Position numbers and translations under genes: made by a program. Shown here in pieces: positions 39,573 through 52,674 of a stretch of DNA of 64,000 bases. Each line of letters begins with the position of its first letter. The stretch's first letter is position 1. Origin of the DNA: Callorhinchus milii (lineage: Eukaryota); the NCBI RefSeq assembly GCF_018977255.1, contig NW_024704773.1, forward strand, positions 806,001 to 870,000. Reading direction: 5' to 3'. The notes under the pieces were generated by a model. That model saw nothing but the letters and a program-made list of their open reading frames with translations, was not told where the DNA came from and did no database searches.

Positions 39573-41852
39573 TCAATCAATGTGAGGAAAGTGGACACTC
39601 ACTCTGCAACACGAGTCCCGATGCATGTAACTCTCCATTGGCCAGTAATAGAATGAATGAATAGAAGTGGCCAGATAGACAGCCAATAGATAGATACTCA
39701 ACTAAACCCATTCATACTCTGGGCTTTACCAAAGAAATTGGGGAAGGGGAGAGTAAAGCAACTAACAAGATGCAGCAATTTAATACTGCAAACACAAGCA
39801 ATTGTCCATCATGAAAATACTGAGTAATGAGACTTTTCCACATTTTAAAGATATTGGTTCCATTTCAAGCATTTCCAACTTCCCCACTAATGTTCTAACT
39901 TCAAATTTCCAATACTCCTTTTCTGACTCTAATAGTAATCAATAGAGGCATTGATATTCCTGTCATTCTCTATCCATTATTAAGACATATTAATCCACCC
40001 CACCCACTTTTGATGGCATCATTGAAATATAAATAATCCTTGTGTTTGATATATCACTGTATCACATCAACATATTACAAAGCACTTCAGAGATTTCTGC
40101 AGACAATTTTCACAGCAATATCCCACAAACAGCCATGAAGTAAATGAACTCTTTTGGATAATTGTCGATAAGCTTGAGGTTTTTCATTGAAGCTTCTGTC
40201 AGCATCTTCTCATCTCAGGGGTTGACCACTGATCGATCTGCAGTGCTCACTCCACTTCAAGGAGCCAGTGAAAAAACGGTATTTTGTTCAACCCTCAACC
40301 TTGCATCGTCATCTAATGCTATGTTCACAGACCAAGTCAAACAGCTTGCTCACATCAGCGTTATATATTTCCTTGTGTTGGAGACTTGCACCATGTCTCA
40401 GTCATTTCACTCAATCCTAACTATAGGGCTGCTCTAAAGAAAACAGTGATCTTGTTTACCAGAAGTAAAAATGGAGAGCCTGCAAGGGTAGAAGAGAGTT
40501 ACGCACCATTCTGTAAGTTGTCTAACAAGAATCTCAGCTAGAATTGACAAAAGTGCAGTCATGACATTACGCTTTGCTTTAACAAACTCTTTTGGCTTCT
40601 GGTTTGGCACAGCACATCAGTCTCCAGATCATGACACACAACAACAAAAAGCCTGTGTTGGATACGAGCAGAGATTTACCATAGATATCCAGCACTGGGT
40701 ATAGGACACTCGTGTCGTTATGATGTCATTTTGGGTCCTGCCAAAGGTTCCTATTTGTGATCCTCCTTGTGTGTTAGTTACTTCCTTCCTCACCACATTA
40801 TTCACAAAGGTACAGATTGATCTGACTCGGTGTTGATGTGTTTGTGGATATTNAAAAAATCTTTTGGCTATAAATTACTCCAACGTCACCTTCAGGGGCA
40901 TAAAAGTAATTTCCCAAGTTACAAGTGTGTGAAAATCGCCTCAGCCTTCGGCTTTGGGCATCATGCAGCACTTTTCTATCGATTGCATAGCTCTGGGACT
41001 TCCTGGAGGCCTTTATAATATTAATTACAAACATTTTGATAACAAGACATTTGAAATATCCCATGGTACAACACAAGTGGTTCAAGAACAGAACCATTTC
41101 CTTCTTGAAAAAGTCCAGAGCCCTTAGTGGGAGAGATAGTTTCAGAAATCCAATGTCTTCTCCAAATAACCCCTGTCCTAAATAATAATCTTTGAGAACT
41201 GAAGGTTGAAATTACACCTAGCCTTAGTTTGTGAGATTATCTCATCTTGAAATTTGAGATTGTGCTAGATTGTAGAAAATTCTTAAAATTCAGTTTACAT
41301 TTGGAATCCTGTTCTTTTTAAGAACTGCGGAAGAGTGTTAAGACTGAATTTAAAAATTGTCCACTATTCTGTAAGACCTTAAATTTTAAGATAAAATGAA
41401 CTATCTCTAATTTTAAAGATGTTTTCTTTCAAACAAAAGGCATAGATTTTCCACCTGAACATTGCAAAACATAACTTTGCAAGTTGCTTCTAAAGAATAA
41501 TTAGAGAACAGTGCTGAACCGCAGAGGATTTCATTCACAGTAGCTTCTAAATATGCTACATTTCTTTCTAAAAAATAATACTCCTAATCTTGCCGTGATT
41601 TGTGTTTGGGTAAAAAATTAATTACCAATCACTGAAAAGATTAATTCTAAACATATCAAATACTTCTTCACAAATAATGTAGGTTCATTCCTGAGGGTAT
41701 GTGCTAAGTGTTGTTCGCAAGAAGGAAGCTTTGTTCTAAGGTGTACAGCTAGCTAATTTCCAGAAATCCAGTCAATACCGAAGCCTTGCAGAATAAACTT
41801 CCTTAAGTCTCTGCTCAAAAACAAAGTGCAGGAGTAACTTTTACTGCTTTTC

Positions 41853-42137
<285 letters not shown>

Positions 42138-42847
42138 TTATCCAAGCTTTACCTGAACAATGTACTCCCAATGGTAAATGCGTGCTTTTCATTTGGATTA
42201 CAGAATAATTGCTTTTTTTGCTCTCCCTTTTCCAATTTATTTCCTTCTGTTTGTTCTCCTTCGTTGAAGGTGTTGGGCTTTCTCATTCTATTGGGGTAGA
42301 CTTCCACAAAGACTAGATGCCTTGTGCTACTTCCCTCAAGTGTTTTGTTACCCACATGTGAGTCTTGATGGTGAGTGTTGACAGGCTAGACAGCCATGGG
42401 GACATCATAGTCAAGCTCATTCTTGTCTTTATCAACATGTACCTTCCATAGTGGGGGGGTGGGGGAGGCTATGGATTGTTATTACAATCGAAGAGAGGTT
42501 GGCAATTAGTGTGCCTACAATTTAAGTCTCAAGATAACCCTCTGTGCACTGAATCCTCTCTACCAATGGTTACTTGTCCACATAATAGACAGTACATTGG
42601 TGAGACACCACTGTTAATAAAGAGGAAAACATCTGAGTATCAGTTTATGCTTGCAGTGTTGTGTTCTCCAGTAACAGTGAGTGCCAACGTGACTCTCCCA
42701 AGTGCATTGCACAAACACCCTTTAAAAATGGTATTGACCCTGCAATAATGCAACATTTTCTCTCAGTCCTATTGCAGTGTTTTACAGAGTAAAGTAACAA
42801 GGAAGAATTAATATCCCCAGAAACCTCGACTCGGCAGCAGGACTCAC

Positions 42848-42985
42848 CATGCACAGTGCAGGTATGGGAAATTGAATGCAGACCAGAGTTCACAGAAGAA
42901 ATTGTCACTGACCCAGCAGAACAGAGCCAAGGTCCACCAAAATCCAGATAATAAACCTAACTTGTAAACACGAGCATTTTCACAT
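42848..42985 (-). CDS. ACER2: ACER2 exon 5
   Basis: ttgcag|A...TG|gtgagt; 138 nt, phase 2-2; [45 protein letters not shown](W). Confidence 0.97.
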
Positions 42986-43450
42986 CTGCAATTACATAAA
43001 ACAAAAGTGGCAATTTAAGTTAAAATTGTTACAATCCCACTTTTGGAAGTAATATTTTAGCTTCCCAATTCCACACAACAACAACAAATTACATTTATAT
43101 AGCGGTCTGTCACTTCAGGAGGATGTCCCAAGGCACTAGGACACACTAGTCTTCAACCAGGCCATGCCTCTTCCAATCCCTTGGCAATATACTTTCTAAA
43201 CCAGTCACTAGATGGAGTGAGAGAACAGTGTAGGTTAATTGATTTATCTTCCCTCGTGCCAACATGGCCTGCCATTTGGTCCTGCCAAATTAGCTGAGTT
43301 TGTCGGATCTTAAGAAAGAATGGAATGAGAAAAGTCCATTAGATCTTAATGCTCACTCCCTTCATAGGCCATTCAAAATCCACATAATCCCACCCTGGTC
43401 TATTTCTATCTCTGTGGGAAAAGCTCTGTGTAAATACTCCTTGACCCTTA

Positions 43451-44240
43451 AAATAATAATAATAATCCTTGCATTTGTTGTACTACAACAACTTGCACTT
43501 ATATAATGCAAGTATAGAGTGGTCAAGGCGGAGGGATTGAGGGAGAATGTTCCAGAATTTCAGGGTGTAGTGGCTGAAAGCGCGACCTCTGATGATGGGG
43601 CGGAGGGTGCAAGGGACGAGCAGGAGGCCGGTGCCAGTCGAGCGTAAATGCCAGGTGGTGGATTGGGGAGTGAGGAGGTCGGAGAGGTAGGGAGGTGCCA
43701 GGGAGTGAAGGGATTTGAACACGAGTGTGAGGATCTTGAAGTCGATCCGTTCGGTGATGGTGAACCAGTGGAGCCTGGTCAGAACTGATGAGATCTGGTG
43801 AGGTGTGGGTACGGAGTTTGGTCCGGATCAGTATGCGGGCGGCAGAGTTCTGAATGAGCTGGATCTTTTGAATAATGGAGCTGGGGAGACCGTCGAGGAG
43901 TGCGTTTCAATAGTTAGCGTAAGATATAGCGCATTATCACATCTTCGGGAGGTCTCAAAGTACTTCACAGAATATAATGTAAAGTGAATTGATTGTATAT
44001 TTTGTGGGCGAAACGCAGCAGCCAATTGCACACAGCAGTGTCCCATAAACAGTCGTGGATTGAGTGACCAACTTTTTTTTCAAGGAATTATTACCCCCGC
44101 AAAAGCGATTCCCCCATTCAACTAACAACCGGGTTCCTACTTACTGCTAGGTAAACAGAGAGGTGTGGAGTAAAGAAACTTGCCCAACACTTCGCCCTGC
44201 CAGGAATAAACCCAGATCCTCTCACTTCCAAGGCGATAGA
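43451..44240 (-). mobile_element. Young SINE (long subfamily) interrupted by an L2 fragment at ~43478-43921
   Basis: SINE tail ccttgcatttg is split from atatagcgc by an L2 piece reading FKSLHSLAPPYLSDLL...RGRAFSH. Confidence 0.85.
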
Positions 44241-45380
44241 AGTTCTATCTCATCCATGGAGTACTTGTGTTTCCAAGAGTTACTTCCTATATGTAGTATA
44301 GCTGGGATTTCATTTGCCAGTCATCAGCCCTTGTGCATACCCTATCAACCTCTCTTCATAACACCTCCTCAGGTTCCAAGACAAGTACATGCAACTGCAC
44401 AGCTATCATGTTTTCTTTTGTGATGTGCAGGTGGAATAGAGAGGCAATATTTCTTCTCTTCCTGGACAATTTAATAATCCTTCGGATAAGAACCTTCTGC
44501 CTGTTCAGATGGATGTTAAAGAATTTGTGGCATTATTTACATAGAGAAGAGAATTTCTCCCAGGGTCCTAGCCAACAATCCTTCAGATAAAATGAGTCAC
44601 TCATTTCATAGCTGTTTGTCACACATTGTTGTGCGCAAATTTGCAGCTGTGTTTTCCTACAAGTACTATTTTATAAAAAATTCTGGTAAGCGCTTTGAGG
44701 CATATCGACAAAGTGATGAGGCTCTATATTAAATGCAAGGAATATTGTTATTTAATATTAACTGCCAGGTGCTTGAGTTAACCATTAGCTCACACATTTC
44801 CAGTTTTTTCATACCTAGCATATTATGGCTCTATTTAACATCCGAAAGAAAACTAAGAAAACTGCGCAGGACATCCTGACACTTATTGTGTGTAGCAGAG
44901 GGAAGTGACCTTTCTGTTTCTATGAATAGAGGTAATGCACGTAGGGTTATGTCAGCCACTGCCGGTATGTCATAGGGCGTCATACAGTACTGCCTGAAAT
45001 TAGTTTACATGAAATCGTTCAGTGAACATGGGCTTGCTTCACATCACCTGCCCAATCCACCCCATCGATGAGCAACTTTTTAGTCATTCTGCCCCATTTT
45101 GCGAAACTCCATCTGCTGTCCCTCCTGAAACACCCTCCCTTCTCATCTTTAAAACTTACGCTAAGATCTATCTTTCTGAGTATGCTTTCAGCCACCTTCC
45201 CCCTCCCCAGCTTGAGTTCCTAATCAGTTGTGTGATGGCCTCGGAGACATCTTCCTGATGTGAAAGATGCTGTATATAATTTGTGCTTGTGTATGTGCAA
45301 GCTGTTGTTTATATAACCTTAAAACCTGATCTTGTCCTATCTACAGCTAAATCTAGGCATAGCATCATGCACTGACTTAC

Positions 45381-45518
45381 CTTTTTAATTCAACAATAAG
45401 CAAAGTCGTACAGGGCACTCCCAGTGTCATCAATGAAATGTTATTAATTGCTGGTTTCACAAATGCAAGGACTGTGGCAACACCAGACAGGATTCCAACC
45501 ATAGCTTTGAATCGGCTT
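45381..45518 (-). CDS. ACER2: ACER2 exon 4
   Basis: ccctag|A...AG|gtaagt; 138 nt, phase 2-2; [45 protein letters not shown](R). Confidence 0.97.
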
Positions 45519-45619
45519 CTAGGGCAAAAAACAGACAATAGAAATGCAGTCTTCTTCACGTAAAATCAAATTACTCCAGCCACAAAAATCTATTTCCTGT
45601 TAATCCCCCACCTTAATCC

Positions 45620-45885
45620 ATTCAATTCCAGGCAGGGCGAAACCTTGGACAAGTTTCCTTACTCCACACGCCTAATAATAATCCCTCCAAAACAAAACAA
45701 TAATAAATTGGTCATTTTCAATCCACGACTATTTGTGGGACACTGCTGTGCGCAATTGGCTGCCGCATTTCGCCCACAAATATACAGTCAATTCACTTTA
45801 TAGCATATTCTGTGAAGCGCTTTGAGATGTCTAGAAGAAGTGAAAAGCGCTATATCAAATGCAAAGATATTATTATTATTATTAT
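45620..45885 (+). mobile_element. Young SINE, short subfamily, 5' truncated
   Basis: Starts in the B box ttcaattccaggcagggcgaaacc; (att)n tail. Confidence 0.9.
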
Positions 45886-45949
45886 TCATTCCTTGCTATT
45901 ACATTCTTGAACAGATTGGGAGTCATGAACAGGCCAATATTTACAATGT

Positions 45950-46930
45950 TTGCTGAGTGAAGAGAGTAGCTGGGGTCGCAGAGACAGGGTGGTATGTGAT
46001 CCTGTAGAAATCTGAAGTCCTTGAATTGATCTGCTGAGGATTTAGGGAGCCAGTGGAGCCGATCAGGGATGGGGGTGATGGTCTCATTGAGCCAGGTGTG
46101 ATAGACATGAGCTGCAGAATTCTGGATGGACTGCAGCTTGTGGAGGGAGCAGCTGGGGAGTTCAATAAGAATTGGAATAATTAAGCCTAGACTTGGGTGT
46201 TGGCAAACTAGGGGGAGAGATAGTGGTAGAGGTGGATGATGTTGCGGAGTTGAGGAAAGCCAAAGGAGTGAGAGACCAGATGGGGGACAGGGGGAGAACG
46301 CAGGGGAGTGGGATTGATTTGGATAGCTCTTTTCAAAGAGGTGGCACAGACATGATGGGCCGGATGACCTCCTTCCGTGCTGTATGATTCTATGATTCTA
46401 TGTAGGGTTTGAAGGACAGTTGAGAGTCGAACAAGACACAAAGGCTTTGTACTGGCTCTGTCAGGTGAAGTGAGCATCTGAGCAGATTGATGTAATCTGG
46501 GCCTGTGGGAGAAGGCACTGATGGGAGACAAGTAGGAGAGCCTTGGTCTTGTTGACAGAGAAAAACTTGAGCTGTACATAATTAGAACTGATCTAGGATT
46601 TGATGTCTGACGTGCAAATCGGTCAGAACAGCAATGGTCCTGGACCAAAGGTAGAGGTAGAGAGAGTTGGATGTCATCCACGTACATGTGGAAATGGACA
46701 CGCCTGTGGGTGGTGTCACCAGCAGGGAACATGTAGATGGTGAAGAGGAAAGGACCGAGCATAGAGCCCTGAGAACACTGTATGTGACTGGCAGGTGAAA
46801 CCATTGGAATAGACACAATGAGGATGTTGAAGATAAAGGACAAAACCATGAAGGTGCATCAGGGAGGAGAGACGGTAAAGACAGATGGCCAAAACGTATC
46901 AATCTCAGAACGTCAGAAACAATGATGGTC
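45950..46930 (-). mobile_element. Old L2 reverse-transcriptase remnant with a CR1/HER-type tail (46286-46401, +) inserted
   Basis: ORF 46208-46849 contains decayed RT motifs SQGSMLGPFLFTIYM and FHMYVDDIQL; insert ends gctgtatgattctatgattctatg. Confidence 0.8.
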
Positions 46931-46974
46931 TTTGCACACTTCAAAGCAAGTATTTACAGGTAATTGCAAGTTGT

Positions 46975-47700
46975 CGAAGCAATGCAGTGCTAGGGTTGTG
47001 TTGCACCGTCGGAGGTGCCATCCTTCAGATGAAATGTTAAACCCAGGCCTCGTCTCCCTGTTCAGGTGGACATTGAAGAACACATTTCGGCACTACTCGA
47101 AAAGAGAAGGAAGTTTCTCCCAGTGTCCTGGCCAGCAGTCCCTCAAATAAAATTGGTCATTCACTTCATGGCTGTTTGTTAATAATAATAATAATAATAA
47201 TAATAATCCTTGCATTTGATATAGCGCTTTTCACGTCGGGAGGACGTCCCAAAGCGCTTCACAGAACACACTGTAAAGTGAATTGACTGTATATTTGTGG
47301 GCGAACGCGGCAGCCAATTGCGCACAGCAATGTCCCACAAACAGTCGTAGATTGAAAATGACCAATTTAATTATTGTTTTTTTTGTTTGTTTTTTTTTTG
47401 TTTTTTTTAGTTTTGGAGGGATTATTATTAGGCGTGTGGAGTAAGGAAACTTGCCCAAGGTTTCGCCCTCTGCCTGGAATTGAACTCAGGTCTCTCACTT
47501 GCAAAGCGAGTGCTCTAACCACTGAGCTACAGGACATTGCTGGACATTGCTCTGCACACGTTTGCTGCCACATTCACCCACAAATACACCATCACTTCAC
47601 TGTGAATCCTGTGAAACTCCTTGAGATGTCCCCCCAACATAAAAGGCGTTATACCAAATGCAAGGATTATTATTATGATGATGATGATAATTATTATTTT
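46975..47700 (+). mobile_element. DeuSINE interrupted by an antisense full-length young SINE (47180-47533)
   Basis: Clear Deu core ggaggtgccatccttcagatgaaatgttaaacccagg...gtgtcctggcca; host resumes at ggacattgct. Confidence 0.85.
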
Positions 47701-48234
47701 CATCTGCATGGCAATTTTTAAGTAGGCACCCATGAGACCTAGCTCGTCTGGACTTTCAGGGCAGAGGATAATTGGAAGAGAGGGTAAGAAAAAGGCAATT
47801 AAAGTTAGCAAATTTGTGGGTGGGAGAAACTATTTTTGAGATCAGTGATTTCTATAAAACTAAGAGGAGGTTATGAAACACAATTAGTTCACTTTTGGCT
47901 ATAGGTTCTAATTTCAAATCTCGACCGATCAATAAAGTCAGAGTCCCCAGATCAATTGGGTGTACACACTGGGACAAAAATTATGATGCTAATTATAATC
48001 TCTGGTGCTAATTAACATACACATTGAAAAAAGCGACCTTATGATAATTAACACATGGACTAGTCCCTGGATGTCTTGGGAGGCAGAATCACGTCCAGAT
48101 ATCCTTCTTAATGGTCTTGTCAGAAAGAAAGATGCACCACAACTTGTGTATTGTATCATTGATTCCTAATATGACGGCACGTAGAGGGATCTGTCTTTAC
48201 TCTCAAATGTTTTGCTTATTTAAGAGCTAGTACT

Positions 48235-48667
48235 AGCTTTGCTCAGTTGGTAGCTCTCTCACTCTCACCTAGGAGTCAGAAGTTTTTGGTGCAAGCCCTG
48301 CATGGAGACTTGGAACTCATATAGTCTAAGAGGACATGCCAAATAATGCTGGAGGTGTGCCACATTTTTGGAGATGCCATCCTTTGGATGAGATGTTAAA
48401 CCCAGGATCTGTCTGCTGGTTCAGGTAGACCAATGGCACTGTTTGAAAAAGAAAAGCGAGTTTCTCCAGGTGTCCTGGCCAACGATCCTCCAAATAAAAT
48501 TGGGCCTTCAGTCTAGGTTGTTTGTGGGACATTGTTGTGTGCAAACTGGCTGCCTTGTTCACCCACAAAATACATTGTCACTATACTTTACAGTATATCC
48601 TATGAAGCACTTTGAGATGGCCTCCTGACAAGAAAGGTACTATACCAAATGAAGTATTATTATTATA
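48235..48667 (+). mobile_element. Near full-length DeuSINE
   Basis: tRNA-like head, Deu core and L2-like tail are collinear; best reference copy in the window. Confidence 0.85.
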
Positions 48668-51600
48668 GTATCATACTAGCCAACAGTTGTTAACTTTAAC
48701 AATTGTGTCAATTAGAAACATACGTGTAAACATATACACTGTAATTTTCACCTGGTTGTGTGTGTGTGTGGTACAGAAAGGTACCAGATTCAAATTATCA
48801 GTCTGTAGCAAGTTGGCTAGGCAGTGGTGGGGAAGTTATAATTTACCGCAATGTTTTTAAGCCAATCGTCCAGTTCCTGAGACCCCCAAATTCCACCTTA
48901 ATACTGAAAGTCTTGCACAATTCTGGAATATTTTAAAATTCTGTCTTCATTTGTGAGTCAGTTTTCAGGCGGTCTTAACAAGAGACAGCTTCTAAATTAA
49001 GATTGAATTGAAGAGTTTTTCCATAGCTCTCAGCAATTTAAAATTTTAATTTTAAAACAAAATACTTTAAAACTATTTTGTGCAATCGGCTGCCACGTTT
49101 CTCCCACAAAATACAGTCAATCCACTTTACAATATATTCTGTAAAGTGCTTTGAGACATCTCAACGAGGCGCCATTTCAAAGGCAAGGATTATTACTATT
49201 CTTATTATTATTTTGGGCCTCCGACTTGCTATCTTGCCCTCTGGAGCTGCTAACGCACTGCTCAATTACATCCAGCTGAAGGGCTGTAATCGGGCTTAGT
49301 ATGTGAAGTGCTTAGGGAGGATTACTGGAGCTGTTTCAGTCTGAGTTTTACAGAGAGCAACAGATTAATACAACAGAGTTCCCAGGGAACAATACTAGAT
49401 GGAAAAGAGATTTTTTTAAAAAACGTAAACTTAGGGATGGGATACATGGTATGAAGAAGGAATGAGTTTGCGAGAATGAAAATTGCAGGGGCAGGAGGGT
49501 GGGGGGGGGGGGTGCATTGAGGGGTAAACCGTCAACACGATATTGACTCCACTACTACCATAAAGCTAGTTCTGGTGATTATATATAGGGTACAGGGAGA
49601 GGAAGAGGTTGCTTTGCAAAGCAAATTCTGGTCCAATACTGTAATTTTGCAGAGAGTTTAGACTGTAACTGAATAATCTCGGTAGATGGTTGAATCGCTA
49701 AACTACCAAGTTTCAATTTACAGAGAGGACGTTGTCATAGATGGCAAAAGACAAACAAAAGCGGCTGTTATACGAGATGGGCGAGAGGGACATTCAGCAA
49801 GGTATAGAAAGAAGCCTCACTCTGCAGGCCAGGTAAGAGTTTCCACAACATAGGTTACGACCAGCACTACAAACAAAGAGTTAAGTCTAGAATAACAAAG
49901 ATTAGATCCATGACCTTTCCAAATCTACTTTTACTCAGCGCTTTATCTGACTGACCACAAACTAGATTGTGTCCTCTGCTATCCTCTACAATGCTTAGAT
50001 CAAATTAATTATAGTTTTGTTTTTTTCTCCCTTCATCCAGCTGTTCACGTTTTCACTAGTTACAGAAAACACGCAGGAAGGAACAAGGATACAGACTGGA
50101 AAACAAGCACCATCTTTGAAGCAGGAAGGGGGCTGGTTGTGCATGTATGAGATGGTGGTGACTGGAAATAATACCACTTCCAAACAGTGTGAGGCAGAAA
50201 TAAACCAAGCAGACATAATGCTGGCCTACATTGCCAAATCAGTTGAATTCAGCTTACCCAGAAGCTGAGCAGTACGCAGGAGTATGCACATTTTTCTGGT
50301 CACTGTGATAGAGGAGAGCAATTGAGCTAATCCCTATGTTAGAAGGATAATCTATGACAAACAATTAGGTAAACTGGAACTCTTCAGCTTCGAAAAGATA
50401 CTTTTTGGAGGGGAGCATAGAGATGCTAAATGGGACAGGGAAAGTAAATCTTGACAATGCTTTCAGTAAGAGAGCAAAGGTTCAGGGTAGTTGGTGAAGA
50501 GTAACTTTAGGACTGATACCAGGAAATGTTTTCACATAGAGGGGAAATCATCTGGTTCAGTTTGTAGGACTCTTTCCTCAGCCAGAACATTGTATATTTC
50601 AGTCTTATTTGGGACTTTGAGTTCACAGTTGACACTCCAATACAGTGCTGCGGGGCAGGGACACCACTTAATCGGAGGTGCCATCCTTCCGACATTAACT
50701 TGTGGTCCTGTCTGCCTGTTAAGCTGAACTTTAAATGATCCCATGACACTATTCAAAAAGGAAAAGGCGTTTCTCATAATGTCCTGGCCAACAATCCTCG
50801 AGATGAAATTAGTCATTCACTATACAACTGTTTGTGGGATATTGTCGTGTACAGTTTGGCTGCTTTGTTCACCTATCAATACTCTGTCATTGCACTTTCA
50901 GTGTTTTGGCATGATAAGATGCTTTATGATGATTATTATTAATCATTATTCTGCAATGGGAAGTTGATGCAGTAGGTATTCTGGAAGGGCTAATGAAAGA
51001 TGAAATGGGCTAAAGGGTTTCTTTCATCTGAATCTCTTTGTTAATAAGTGGAACCAATGTGTTTTGCTGGATGTTTGGAAACGACATCTGCTAATGCGGT
51101 TATGTTCAGGGTATTGCAGTGCTGGCAGAGAGAGCTAGAAGGTTGTTGTCAATGATGTGGATTCACCTCGCTTTCCCAGTCCAAAAAGATCTATAGCATT
51201 GGCTGTAGATTCTGCAACACCGTACAACACTGAAATTGTTTATACATGAACCTGTGTGCACATAACTATTGTTTACAAATCATCACTTTATTCTCTAGCA
51301 ATGTGGGCATTCCCAGGCAGTACGTCAGCAATGGGTTAACTAATCGGAATATGGCAGCTGGCACCAAGAGAGTCATTGTCAGAGACCATTTATGTTATAT
51401 ATATATATTAATTCTTGCACTTGACATAGTGCATGTTCATGTCATCAAAACATCTCATCCAGGATTTTATTGTAAAGTGTAGTGACTACGTATTTGCAGG
51501 TCGGTATTCTGCTGTCTCCACAAGTGGGATGAAGACCCATTAATGGGTTCTGCTTGCTAGCACCTCTGGAGGCAATAGTGTGGCTTCATTCATATTAAAG

Positions 51601-52455
51601 TATGACCACTGAAAGCTGGGAAACACTGAAAACCACATCTCAGTTTGCACGCATAACAATACGGGAGACCAGTTAATATAGGAATCGAATTTACTAGAAG
51701 TTCTGCAATTTATTTTTCATTTTGGACAAGAGGCTATGGGTTATGAGGGTAAGCTGATTCTAATTCCCTCCTCCCCTTCCCTTGTCACAGTACATATTAT
51801 GCCAGAGCCATCTGTTTGCAAAAATCCACATGACGACAATCTAACTGGACAGATTTATTGCAATTAAAGCCTGCAGATCAGATGGGCGGGTGGGGGGGGA
51901 GACATAATCCTGGTCAGGAGTTACTGTCTGTTATGGCTTCAAATCTGATAAGAGGTTTTGAGTTCATAATGGAATTGAGTATGGAGATACACATAACCAT
52001 AAATTGCTGGTCCTCAGGTTCAGGAGGTGAAAGCTACTCTGTTTAATGACTGCACTTCTATTTTCACTAAAGTAAATCCCAGCCATACAGTTTGCAGTTC
52101 TGAAAAAATGTCATGCTTTGCAGATAGACAGAAGAAGAACTTGCCTTTTTATAGTCTTATCCCTCCAAAGGTCTCAAAGCACTTTGTCATATTTACTATC
52201 AAGTGTGGCAATTGTGTATTTTGTAGACAAACACAACAGCCATGTTGTGGACACCACAGTCCCACAAATAGCCATGAAGGTGAATGATCAACTTATCTGG
52301 TGTTTGGTGACACCAGGAGAAATGTTTTGAATAGTGTTGTTGGATCTTTAAAGTCAAACTAAGGAAACACAGACAGATCTTTGCTTTAGTGGCATATCCA
52401 AAGGATAGCACTTCTGACAATTTAGCCATCCTCCTGCGCCGGAATATCAATCTAT

Positions 52456-52674
52456 GAAACCAAAAACAGAAGTTGCTGGGAACACTCAGCAGGTCAGACA
52501 GCATCTGTGGAGAAAGAAAAGTGAGTCGACGTTTCGGGTCCACAACACTTTGTCATCAAGCCGAAACGTTGACCCACTTTCGTTTCTCCATAGATGCTGC
52601 CTGACCTGCTGGGTGATTCCAGCAACTTCTTTTTTGGGTTTCAGATTTCCAGCATCTGCAGTATTTTGTTACTA
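52456..52674. mobile_element. Penelope-like (PLE) palindromic non-autonomous element inside a DeuSINE
   Basis: 82-bp inverted arms 52456-52537 and 52561-52642; 10-bp direct repeat atcaatctat on both flanks; cgaaacgt(c/t)gac motif. Confidence 0.75.

Noticed and set aside
36520-39790. Possible ACER2 poly(A) signals on the minus strand (tttatt near 36528 and 36549; tttaat near 37059 and 39779)
   Set aside because: Cannot choose among them in AT-rich DNA without transcript data
46208-46849. Longest ORF in the track (213 aa)
   Set aside because: Chimera of decayed L2 RT (YVDD) and an inserted CR1 tail; not a host gene
51558-51575. CTCF-like tagcacctctggaggca
   Set aside because: Needs a gap or mismatch in the core; too weak
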